From NCBI GenBank assembly GCA_963827515.1, contig CAWHBF010000029.1, forward strand, positions 336,092 to 400,091: 64,000 bases of DNA, read 5' to 3'. Position numbers and translations under genes: made by a program. The notes beneath the pieces are model-generated. The model saw nothing but the letters and a program-made list of their open reading frames with translations, searched no databases and was not told the origin of the DNA. Origin of the DNA: an uncultured Acidobacteriota bacterium (lineage in GTDB: Bacteria > Acidobacteriota > Vicinamibacteria > Vicinamibacterales > UBA2999). Below are positions 1 to 8,521 of this stretch, piece by piece (position 1 is the first letter of the stretch; each line of letters starts with the position of its first letter).

Positions 1-633
1 CGCAGCCGGCGCTATTTGGCCCGGCGTCGCGGTGAGTGGCAGCGCCGCGCCAGGCGTGGGCGCCGCGCCCGCTGCAGGTGGTGCACCAGCCGGCGGCGCC
101 GCCCCCGGTGCGGGCGGTGCACCAGCCGGCGCCGCCCCCGCTGCTGCGGGCGGCGTGTAGTAGCGGTGCGCCGTCTGGAGCGTGACCGTCGGCGTGCCGC
201 CAAGCGACTGGAGGTACGCGATCACGCAGAGGATCTCCTGATCCGTCAGCCCGATCGGAGCCCTGTTGATCACGGGCATGCCCTTGTTGAATCCCGGCAC
301 GATGAAGGAGTCAGGCTCGTACATCGACTGGGCGAAGTACTCGATATCGGTTATGCCAGGAACGCGCTCCGACACGCGGCCCGCGACCCCCGCGAGATCG
401 GGGAACCGTAGCGCCCCCGTTCGACCCATCGTGTGACACGTGAAGCAGAGTCCCTTGGTGTCCATGATCTCGCGGCCGACCGTGACCATGTCAGCCGTGG
501 TCAGATCCGCGCGAATCAGAATCTCCGCAGGAGGCTGAACTTCGTTCTGAGGCACCATCTGGCCGACATAGGCGTAGAACCATGTCGTCGCGAGGACGAG
601 ACCGCCGATTCGGGGGATGAGCGGAATGGTCAC
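1..633 (-). CDS. membrane-anchored monoheme c-type cytochrome; its 3' end runs off the window start
   Basis: Absent from the ORF track because there is no stop in the window. My minus-strand translation starts at GTG 633, in frame 6 nt after the TAG of the upstream gene. It reads VTIPLIPRIGGLVLATTWFYAYVG (TM anchor) ... DTKGLCFTCHTMG (CxxCH) ... GMPVINRAPIGLTDQEILCVIAYLQSLGG, followed by an Ala/Pro/Gly-rich tail that stays open to position 1. Confidence 0.7.
   Translation of the reverse strand, partial: MTIPLIPRIGGLVLATTWFYAYVGQMVPQNEVQPPAEILIRADLTTADMVTVGREIMDTKGLCFTCHTMGRTGALRFPDLAGVAGRVSERVPGITDIEYFAQSMYEPDSFIVPGFNKGMPVINRAPIGLTDQEILCVIAYLQSLGGTPTVTLQTAHRYYTPPAAAGAAPAGAPPAPGAAPPAGAPPAAGAAPTPGAALPLTATPGQIAPAA
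80..151. repeat. two tandem ~36-bp units inside the cytochrome c CDS, encoding an APAGAPP-type low-complexity tail
   Basis: ggtgcaccagccggcggcgccgcccccggtgcgggc is followed directly by ggtgcaccagccggcgccgcccccgctgctgcgggc. Confidence 0.6.
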
Positions 634-639
634 GACAGC

Positions 640-2556
640 CTACTCCGCTGCTCGAGGTTCTGCGCGGGAGAGGTGCGCGCCTTCCAGAACGACGTCCGCT
701 CCTGGGTGCGCGACTCTCTTCGCCGCCGGCACATGTTCAGGTCGGTCGTGCAGGCTCGTGATCCAGAACACGAAGCCGATCAGGAGGAAGAACGCGAGCA
801 CGGTCACCGAGACGACGCTCGTCGCGAAGCCCAATGTGGGCGTGAACGCGTCAGCCGAGGTGTCCCGAATGACGCCGTAGACATGCCAGTGCTGGCGGAG
901 CCCTGAGCGAACGTAGCCCATGAGCCCCATGAGCCAGGTAAAGGTGACCGCGATGAAGATCAGCACGTACTGGGAGATCGCCGGAATCCGTCCCCAGCGG
1001 ACCTCGCCCGCCTTCGCCCCGCGGAAGAGGAAGATGTCGATGATGGTGATCGACACCATCGCGAACAGGACCGAGCCGACCTGGGGTACCGAGAGGCCAA
1101 TCCTCACGCTCGCCTCGACGAAGTACCCGTAGATGCCGAGGAAGATGACGAAGACGGCGACGGCGGCGAAGATGGTGAGCTGCGCCGCGTGACCCAGTCT
1201 TGCCCACGACACCGTTGCGACCTTCCCCGTCCGGCGGTAGAGGAGGAAGCTCATGAAGGTCGTGAGGATGAGGACGTTCACGGCCGTGTTCTTCGCGGAC
1301 ATGACGCCGAGAAAACCCAGAATCGGGTGCGCCGACCCTCCCATAGCCCGGAGCTCTGAGACGGTGGCGATGATCGATCGCGGCGTCGCCCAGACCATGA
1401 AGCAGAGCGCGATCGCGATGAGCAGGTACTTGATGAACTTCTGAAGCGGCTGCCCTCCCTCGACCCGTCCCATCCCGAGCCAGAGATAGTAGTTGGCAGC
1501 GAGGAAGAGGTTCCCGATCAGGACGGCCTGAATGATGAAGAGCCACGAGAAGGCCCCGCCCATCATCTGGAGGCCGAGCGTCTGCGAGTAGGCGTAGATC
1601 TCACTCGCGAGCCAGTAGCCGGCGAAAGGAAGCGGCAGGAAGGCAATGATTGCGATGAAGTTGCCGATGTATCCCATCCAGTCGTAGTGCGCGCGCTCCT
1701 CGTCGGTTGTCGCCTGGAGGAACTTGAAGGCCGCGTAAGCGGCGGCGACCGATCCGCCGAAGGCGACGTTCGCGATGATTCGGTGGATGTTGATCGGCAT
1801 CCAGGTGAAGTTGTAGACCGCGTCCCAGGTGGAGATCACGGCTCCGGTATCCGAGACACCGTTCGGCGACATCATGAACGTGAGCCAGGCATTGGCGATG
1901 AGCATGATCGCCGTGCCCACGATGTTGAGGCCGAGCCCCAGGCCAAGATGAACGAGGGGATGGAACTTCCCCCAGCCGTAATAGTAGGTGTAGAGGAACG
2001 CGGCCTCGAAGAAGAAGAGCAGCACGTATGGGAGAAACGTGGGGGAGAACACGCTCATCAGGTAGTTCGTGAACTTCGGATACAGGATGATGAGCATGAA
2101 CGTCAGAAAGGCCCCAAAGGTCGCCGTGAGCGAGAAGGAGACCGAGAGGAGCTTCGTGAACTCGTGCGCAAGCCGGTCGTATCGCATGTCTCCGGTCTTG
2201 TAGCCGATCACCTCAATGATGAAAGCGAAGAGGGGAACGGCAAGGACGAAGGCCGCGAACAGCAAGTGGAGCTGTGCCACCGACCAGATGGCCACGCGGC
2301 TCCCGACGACCGGAAAAGTCCGGTACTCCGCCTCCACGTAGGGCGTTGCCCGCGCCGTCGCCTCCGCGTCGGCCTCCTCGGCGACCAGTCCTTCCACGCG
2401 CGGCGTGGCGTCGGCGGTCGCGGCAGGAGCGCGGTAAGGCTCCCTGTACTCCCGGTTCGTCAGGAAGGTGGCAATAATCACCACACCCGCGAACATCGCC
2501 AGACCGGTGACGGGACCGAGTACGAACAGCAGTTTGCGATTCTTTGCGCCGTTCAT
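640..2556 (-). CDS. cytochrome bd subunit I (CydA)-like polytopic membrane protein; orphan, with no cydB partner
   Basis: 638-aa ORF. By-eye landmarks against E. coli CydA: AQLHLLFAAF (helix-1 His); FFFEAAFLYTYYYGW (cf. FFLESTFVGLFFFGW); LIANAWLTFMMSPNG (cf. LVANGWMQNP); INIHRIIANVAFGG (cf. KFVHTVASGY). Many hydrophobic helices. No CydB-like ORF is adjacent. Confidence 0.8.
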   Translation of the reverse strand: MNGAKNRKLLFVLGPVTGLAMFAGVVIIATFLTNREYREPYRAPAATADATPRVEGLVAEEADAEATARATPYVEAEYRTFPVVGSRVAIWSVAQLHLLFAAFVLAVPLFAFIIEVIGYKTGDMRYDRLAHEFTKLLSVSFSLTATFGAFLTFMLIILYPKFTNYLMSVFSPTFLPYVLLFFFEAAFLYTYYYGWGKFHPLVHLGLGLGLNIVGTAIMLIANAWLTFMMSPNGVSDTGAVISTWDAVYNFTWMPINIHRIIANVAFGGSVAAAYAAFKFLQATTDEERAHYDWMGYIGNFIAIIAFLPLPFAGYWLASEIYAYSQTLGLQMMGGAFSWLFIIQAVLIGNLFLAANYYLWLGMGRVEGGQPLQKFIKYLLIAIALCFMVWATPRSIIATVSELRAMGGSAHPILGFLGVMSAKNTAVNVLILTTFMSFLLYRRTGKVATVSWARLGHAAQLTIFAAVAVFVIFLGIYGYFVEASVRIGLSVPQVGSVLFAMVSITIIDIFLFRGAKAGEVRWGRIPAISQYVLIFIAVTFTWLMGLMGYVRSGLRQHWHVYGVIRDTSADAFTPTLGFATSVVSVTVLAFFLLIGFVFWITSLHDRPEHVPAAKRVAHPGADVVLEGAHLSRAEPRAAE

Positions 2557-2569
2557 CCCGTCGCCTTTC

Positions 2570-3208
2570 TCAAGGGGTGCCCGCGGGCTTGTCCGCCGGC
2601 TGGCCCGCCGTAGCTTCAGCGGAGGGGGGAGCTGCAGCGGCGGCGGGCGCGGCTGCGGCGCGTGCCTGCCGCTCGCGCTGGAGTTCTCGCACGTGGGCGA
2701 TGATCGCCCACCTGTCCGCCGGAGGGATCGGCCAGCGGTAACCGGCCATCAACCCCTGTCCGTTCGTGATGACGTCGAAAATCTGTCCGTCCGGGTAATT
2801 CGCGATCTTCGGGTCATGGAAGGTCGCGGTGGGCGTGCCCTGCTGGAACAGGATCCCCCTGCCGTCTCCCCGAGCGTCGTGGCACGGCTGGCAATAGATC
2901 GCATAGCGCTGGCGGCCGCGCTCGAGTAGCGCCTCGTCCGCCGTCACTGGGATCGTCGCGACGAACACCCCGTTCGCGTCCTTGCCAGTGAAGAAGGGCG
3001 TGTCTTCTTTCAGCCCGCCGATCGCGACCGTTCCAGGAACGGGCTGGCGCATGGACGCGCCGTCGTAGAAGAACGTGCTGGCCGTCTGGGGCAGCACCTT
3101 CGGCTGGTCGTCCATGCTCGGATTGAGATGGATGGGAGGGCGGCTCGACGTGCAACCGCGCGCGCAGCCGGAGACGACAAGAGAGGCGAGCACGATCACG
3201 CCCAGCAC
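2570..3208 (-). CDS. ActE-like monoheme cytochrome c lipoprotein
   Basis: 212-aa ORF with a signal peptide and lipobox (LVVSGC) and a single CQPCH motif. Colinear with ActE at 13625-14212: RGRQRYAIYCQPCHDARGDG vs RGRERFNVFCAPCHGRTGQG, and ADRWAIIAHVRELQ vs ADRWAIAAFIRALQ. Ala/Pro-rich C-terminal tail. Confidence 0.8.
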   Translation of the reverse strand: MLGVIVLASLVVSGCARGCTSSRPPIHLNPSMDDQPKVLPQTASTFFYDGASMRQPVPGTVAIGGLKEDTPFFTGKDANGVFVATIPVTADEALLERGRQRYAIYCQPCHDARGDGRGILFQQGTPTATFHDPKIANYPDGQIFDVITNGQGLMAGYRWPIPPADRWAIIAHVRELQRERQARAAAAPAAAAAPPSAEATAGQPADKPAGTP

Positions 3209-3243
3209 GCGGCTTGCCCGCCGTAGCTAGCGGAGGCGGGCGA

Positions 3244-6200
3244 TCATGCAACGGGCCTCTCGTCCTTCCCTGCGTACCAGGCTCCCGCGTCGGTCCGCGC
3301 GCCCTCGAGGTCAGGATTCGGGTTGCGGACCTTGGCTAGATACGTGGTCCGGGGCTTCGTGTTCAGCTCCTCGAGGAGCGCGTAGTTGCGCGGATCGGCC
3401 TTCGCCTTGACGACCTGGCTCGATGGGTCCCGAAGATCCCCGAACTGGATGGCCGAGGCCGGGCACGCCTGTTGGCAGGCCGTCTTGACGTCGCCGTCAC
3501 GAAGCTCGCGTCCGCCGAGCCGCGCATCGATCTTCACCTTATTGATCCGCTGCGTGCAGTAGGTGCACTTCTCCATCACGCCCCTCGCGCGGACCGTGAC
3601 GTCCGGGTTCATCGCGAGCTTGAGGATGTCGGGCGTGTCCTTGGTGAAGTTGAAGAAATTGAAGCGGCGCACTTTGTAGGGACAGTTGTTCGAGCAGTAG
3701 CGGGTCCCGATGCACCGGTTGTAGACCATGACGTTGAGGCCCTCCCCATCGTGGACGGTGGCGGCCACGGGGCAGACCTGCTCGCAGGGAGCATCCTCGC
3801 AGTGCATGCAGGGAACGGGCTGGAAGACCATCTCCGGGCTGCCGGAGGGCTCGCCGGAGAAGTACCGGTCGACCCGGATCCAGTGCATCTCGCGCCCTTT
3901 CGCGACCTGAATCTTGCCGACGACCGGCACGTTGTTCTCGCTCTGGCAGGCCGATCATGCACGCGTTGCACCCGATGCACGAGTTCAGGTCGATCGTCAT
4001 CCCCCACTGGTGGCCCTGATCGTAGGCATGCTCCTTCCAGAGTGAGAAGTGAGGCGGTTCCTCCTCGAAAACACCGAGCGCGCTGGGGACCCCCGTCTGC
4101 GCGCTCTCGGCTGCCTCCGCCCCGGCCGATTCCGATCGAAGCGCGGTCAGGGTCGACTCGCGCACCACCGGGCGCCCCTCCATGCTGCCGTGTTCCTGGG
4201 TCGCCGAGAGCGGGTACGTGCGTCCGAGGCTGCTGAGTTTGACGCCGCTGTCGAAGCCAGGTGCCTGGGAGCCTCGGACCGTGAACGTGTCGAACCCGAC
4301 GCCAGACCCAATCCGTCCCGCGCGCTGACGGCCATAGCCAAGGGTGAGGGCTACCACACCGTCCGCCATGCCTGGGAGGATCCAGACGGGAAGCTCGAGC
4401 GATCGGCCCGCATAGTCGAGACGGACCAAATCCCCGCTCGCAAGACCGAGCGTCCCGGCGGTCGTCGGGCTCACCAGGGCAGGGTTGTCCCAGGTGAGCT
4501 TGGTGAGGGGATCGGGAAGCTCCTGCAGCCACCCGTCGTTCGCGAAGCGGCCGTCGTGAAGCGAGGGGGAGGGGAGGAACACGATCTCCAGGCCGGTGCC
4601 GGCCGCGCCGGCGCCGACCAGGCGCGCGAGTTCCGCAAGGGGCTGTCGCTGTGAGATCGGGAACGACTTCGGGCAGCTCGCTGCCGGCGAGGAACCCATC
4701 GTGCAAGACGCGGTTCCACTTCCTGTCGAACTCGGCATCGCCAAGGATCGGTTTCCAGGTCTCCCGCATGATGTCGTAGCCGGGACGATCCTTGCCCGCA
4801 ACCATCAGCCCCAGCACTTCGACGGGGGTTCGCCCACCGAACAGCGGGAGGATCATCGGCTGGACGACGCTGAGCAGGCCTCCAACCGCGCGCGCGTCTC
4901 CCCACGATTCCAGGTAGTGAGCGCGTGGGATATGCCACTCCGCCTTGGAGGATGTTTCGTCGATCGTGTGCCCGAGTGTGATTGAGTGAGGGACCTTCGC
5001 CATGGCCGAGGCGAAGTCGAGATCGGCGGGTGCATCGAATACAGGATTGCCGCCCAGGACGACGAGCGTCTGGACCGCGCCCCCCCTCATCGAGGAGACG
5101 AGCGAGGTCAAGGAGCTCACGCTCGGAAGCGCCGCATCCTTTGTCTCGTAGTAGCTGACGGTCGTGCCGGTGTTGCCGAGAGACGTGTTCAGGGCGCAGA
5201 CCGCGGCGTGGACGGCCGCGGGCTGGCGCTCGCCAGCCACGATCAATCCCTTGCCGCGGTTCGCCAGAAGGTCCTTGGCAAGGGCGTCGATCCAACGCGG
5301 GTCGACACCCGGGACATCAGCTCCCGGCAGACTCGCGGCTCCGGCCGCGGGCGGAACAAGGCGTGCCGCGAGGGCCGCGAGGAAGGGGGCAATCTGCCGG
5401 CTCTCGAGACGGAGCCGATGATCGGCCATGGCGCCCGTCAGCGAGTAGACCCCTTCAACAGCGTAGAGTCGATTCATCACGCCACCCGAGGCTCCCGCAC
5501 GCCTTCCGTCCGCGAAGCCTCGCGCGTGACGGATCATCTCGGGGTCGGTCAGGAGCGGGTCGGCGTCGAGCGCGAGGATGACGGACGCCCGATCGATCCG
5601 GAGCAGGAGGTCGAGGTCGCGCCCCGTGGCGGACCGCAAACCCGCGAGCCGGTTCTCGTCGCTGACCGCCTCGTAGGTTGCCCAGATCGCCCGCGGATAG
5701 CGGGCGCGGAGCTCGGATGCCAGGCGCGCCAGGGTGGGGGAGGAAAAGGACTCGGAGAGGACCGCAAGGCCGGCACCACCGTCCGCGGCATGAGCCTCGG
5801 ACAGCTTCCCCCAGGCCGCCACGAAATCGCTCCAGGACCTCCGCGTGCGTCTGCTGCATGACCGACTGCGAGCGGTCGGGATCGTAGAGGCCGAGCACGG
5901 ACGCCTGGACGAGTGAGCACGAGGCCCCGAGGGTCGAGGGGTGTGAAGGGTTTCCCTCGATTTTGGTCGGTCGCCCTTCGTGGCTCTCAACAATCAGGCC
6001 GTAAGCGCTCCGGCGGAACGGCATGGTCGTCGTGTAGTAGCGGGGGACGCCAGGGACGAACTCCTCGGGAGCCGTGACATAGGGGACAATTTCTTCGACG
6101 GGACGCCGGCACCCGGCAATCCCCGCGAGCGACAGCGAGGCGCCCAGGAGCATCATCATTTCGCGCCGGGTGACCCCTTCGGGAAGCTCCGAGGCTCCCT

Positions 6201-6291
6201 CCGGGAACTCCCGCTCGAGAAAGGCGCGGGATTCGGGGCTGTCCTCGATCTGCGCGAGACTTCGCCAGTAGGTCCGACTCACCGGTGGCAC
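3244..6291 (-). CDS. ActB-like molybdopterin-oxidoreductase/4Fe-4S fusion protein; three frame disruptions in this assembly
   Basis: Four minus-strand ORF pieces join colinearly with ActB at 8522-11667. Piece 1 (6291 to ~5848): GTG start, twin-Arg signal [32 protein letters not shown]. Piece 2: ~5848 to ~4645. Piece 3 (~4645 to ~3952): [26 protein letters not shown]. Piece 4 (~3952 to 3244): FeS part with [34 protein letters not shown]. At ~3952 an extra g turns [16 protein letters not shown] into CMIGLPERE. Confidence 0.8.
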
Positions 6292-6926
6292 CCAGAACAG
6301 TCAGTCGGCGGATTGACCGGTCGTTCGCGTTCGAGCTGTGCCGCGCGCACTTGAACGTCCCGGGGAGGGGCCCACTTCATGTTGGTGACCTCCGAGACGG
6401 GGCGTCTGTAGGGAGCGGGGTTGCGGTGGCAGTCGAGGCACCAGCCCATGCTGAGGGGCGTCATCTGGGTGACCGTTTCCATCTCGTCGATGCGGCCGTG
6501 GCAGGTGACGCAACCGATTCCTCCCGCCACGTGCGCGCGGTGGGCGAAATGCGCGTAGTCGGGAAGCTTGTGGACGCGAATCCAGCGCATCGGCCTGCCG
6601 CTGGCGGCGCTTGCCCGAATCGGTGCGAGCGCCTCGCTGTCCCTCATCACGGTCTGATGGCAGTTCATGCAGGTCTGGGTGGGCGGAATGTTCGCGACCG
6701 CAGAAATCTCGACCGAGGCGTGACAGTATCGGCAATCGAGACCAAGCTCGCCAACGTGGAGTTGGTGGCTGTACGGCACGGGCTGAACGGGACGGTAGCC
6801 CACGTCCGTGTACCACGGGGAAAAGAAGTACCAGACGCCCGCGATCGCGAGCGTCGGAACGAGGAGGCCCGCGAGGGCGGCCACGATCGGGAGTTTGTTC
6901 CACCCGGGGGGAAAGATCTGGGCCAA
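6279..6926 (-). CDS. ActA-like pentaheme cytochrome c
   Basis: 215-aa ORF with an N-terminal TM helix and five CxxCH motifs (CRYCH, CMNCH, CVTCH, CLDCH, CSGCH). Clearly paralogous to ActA at 7864-8514. Its stop overlaps the GTG start of the ActB-like gene. Confidence 0.85.
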   Translation of the reverse strand: MAQIFPPGWNKLPIVAALAGLLVPTLAIAGVWYFFSPWYTDVGYRPVQPVPYSHQLHVGELGLDCRYCHASVEISAVANIPPTQTCMNCHQTVMRDSEALAPIRASAASGRPMRWIRVHKLPDYAHFAHRAHVAGGIGCVTCHGRIDEMETVTQMTPLSMGWCLDCHRNPAPYRRPVSEVTNMKWAPPRDVQVRAAQLERERPVNPPTDCSGCHR

Positions 6927-7532
6927 TGGCTAGGGCTCCGCGGCGCTGGATGAGGCCAGTTGTCCAGGCCGCGAGTCCGCGATGGAACTGTGATGCCGCA
7001 TCCACGTGCCCCCAAAGTGTTCGTCGCCGGGAACCCGAAATCCGCGCGATCTTATTCGCAAACTGTGAAGAGGGTCAAGCGCGCCGCGCCCTCACGAGCG
7101 GGATTTGTTCGCAGGTGGACGATCGGCCGGCGGCAATTCGCGAGCGTTGTCGCACAGGTGCAACGCTGCTGCGCCTTCGATTTGAGAACTCGGATACGAG
7201 CATCGGATCTTTCACCCCATCATTTCAGTGCAGCCGCGGGGATCAGGTAGGCGTCTCGCAGGTCCATCAGGAGATATCCGTGCGGCCGTTGAGCACATCA
7301 ATCCGGTTTGCATCGGCATAGCCGCACCGACATCGAGCCAAGTGGTAACCGAGATCATGTGAAGTGGGTCGTGACTGCGTACGCCGATCTTCAGAAGGGC
7401 ACGTATGATTCGCCGGCCATCGCGGCGGTAAGAAAGCGCGCACTTGAACGCGGCATGACGTCGAGCCCGCAACACGGGTTCTGAAACCGGTGTTGGTGCA
7501 CCAGTTCGGTGTTCTAGAACGGTTTGCGTTTC

Positions 7533-7616
7533 GCCGTAGAGCGCACGCTTCAGCGTGCGCGTGTCCGCGGAGGCTAACCGCCTCCGCGATCTACGCCGAA
7601 TCGAAAAGCGGTCTAG
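7533..7616 (+). repeat. dispersed ~85-nt double-hairpin repeat, copy A
   Basis: gccgtagagcgcacgcttcagcgtgcgcgtgtccgcggaggctaaccgcctccgcgatctacgccgaatcgaaaagcggtctag. Two perfect stem-loops: gcgcacgc-ttca-gcgtgcgc and gcggaggc-taac-cgcctccgc. About 90% identical to the reverse complement of 30414-30500. Confidence 0.85.
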
Positions 7617-7714
7617 GCGGCGGCAGAGCCGGATTAAGATCAGCATGGACGAGGACGACGGTTGTCGCATTGAATTTCGCGGTTTTGGCTAGAGATTCAG
7701 CGGGGTATCGCGCC

Positions 7715-7743
7715 TTGATCCTTTTTTCACAATGTGCTACAAA
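7715..7743 (+). promoter_or_regulatory. candidate sigma70-like promoter upstream of actA
   Basis: TTGATC, then a 17-nt spacer, then TACAAA, in an AT-richer patch about 120 nt upstream of the actA start. Motif match only; promoter consensus in this lineage is unknown. Confidence 0.25.
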
Positions 7744-7863
7744 TCGGATCCACGGGAAAGAAAGGGTGATCCTCGGGAAAGAAGCTGCCCCCTGCCCCCT
7801 CCGAGCGTAATTCGCAATTAGTGTGAGCGCCCGGTACGCGGGCGCCCCGACTGTCAACAGCCG

Positions 7864-8514
7864 ATGCCGCAGATCTTTCGTCGCAGCGCCAATACTCTCG
7901 CGAACATCAGTATTGTCGGCGCGCTCTTCCTGGCCGCCGGCCTGATCGGTCTCATCATGATCCTCGGACGTTCGTCGTACGTGACACGCGCCGACGAGTT
8001 CATCGAACAGCCGCTTCAGTTCAGCCACGCGCACCACGTGGGAGACGACGGCATCGATTGCCGGTACTGCCATACGTCGGTCGAGACCTCCTCGTTTGCC
8101 GGCATCCCGCCGACCAAGACCTGCATGAACTGTCACTCGCAGGTGTGGGCCAATAGCCCGATGCTTGAACCGATCCGTGCAAGCCTCCGCGACGACCGGT
8201 CCTTGCGCTGGATTCGCGTGCACGACCTGCCGGACTTCGTCTACTTCAACCACAGTATTCACGTGAAAAAGGGAATGGGGTGCGAGACGTGCCACGGGCG
8301 CGTCGACGAGATGCCGTTGATGCTCCAGGAACACTCACTCCAGATGGAGTGGTGCCTCGACTGTCACCGTTCGCCGGAGCGGTATGTCCGCCCTCGCAGC
8401 GAGATTTTTACGATGGGCTATCGTCCATCGGTTCCGCAGTCGGTCGTCGGTCCACGACTCGTGGAAGAGTACGGCATTCAGAGCCTGACGAACTGCTCCA
8501 CGTGCCATCGGTAA
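7864..8514 (+). CDS. actA: Alternative Complex III subunit ActA (pentaheme cytochrome c)
   Basis: 216-aa ORF with an N-terminal TM helix and five CxxCH motifs (CRYCH, CMNCH, CETCH, CLDCH, CSTCH). First gene of an actABCDEF-ordered cluster. Confidence 0.9.
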   Translation: MPQIFRRSANTLANISIVGALFLAAGLIGLIMILGRSSYVTRADEFIEQPLQFSHAHHVGDDGIDCRYCHTSVETSSFAGIPPTKTCMNCHSQVWANSPMLEPIRASLRDDRSLRWIRVHDLPDFVYFNHSIHVKKGMGCETCHGRVDEMPLMLQEHSLQMEWCLDCHRSPERYVRPRSEIFTMGYRPSVPQSVVGPRLVEEYGIQSLTNCSTCHR

Positions 8515-8521
8515 GCCGATC

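Noticed and set aside
12-411. ORFs 12-203 (-) and 16-411 (+), extremely Arg-rich
   Set aside because: They are out-of-frame or antisense shadows of the real cytochrome c CDS (1-633, minus strand). The composition (RRRSRSRRR...) is typical of wrong-frame reads in high-GC DNA.
7212-7670. 152-aa ORF in the divergent intergenic region, with a faint HicA-like stretch (GRRIIRALLKIGVRSHDPLH)
   Set aside because: There is no convincing motif, the composition is Arg-rich, and it runs through the double-hairpin repeat. The resemblance is too weak to call a toxin remnant.
7591-8334. 247-aa ORF on the minus strand
   Set aside because: It is antisense to the well-supported actA gene and has no recognisable motifs.
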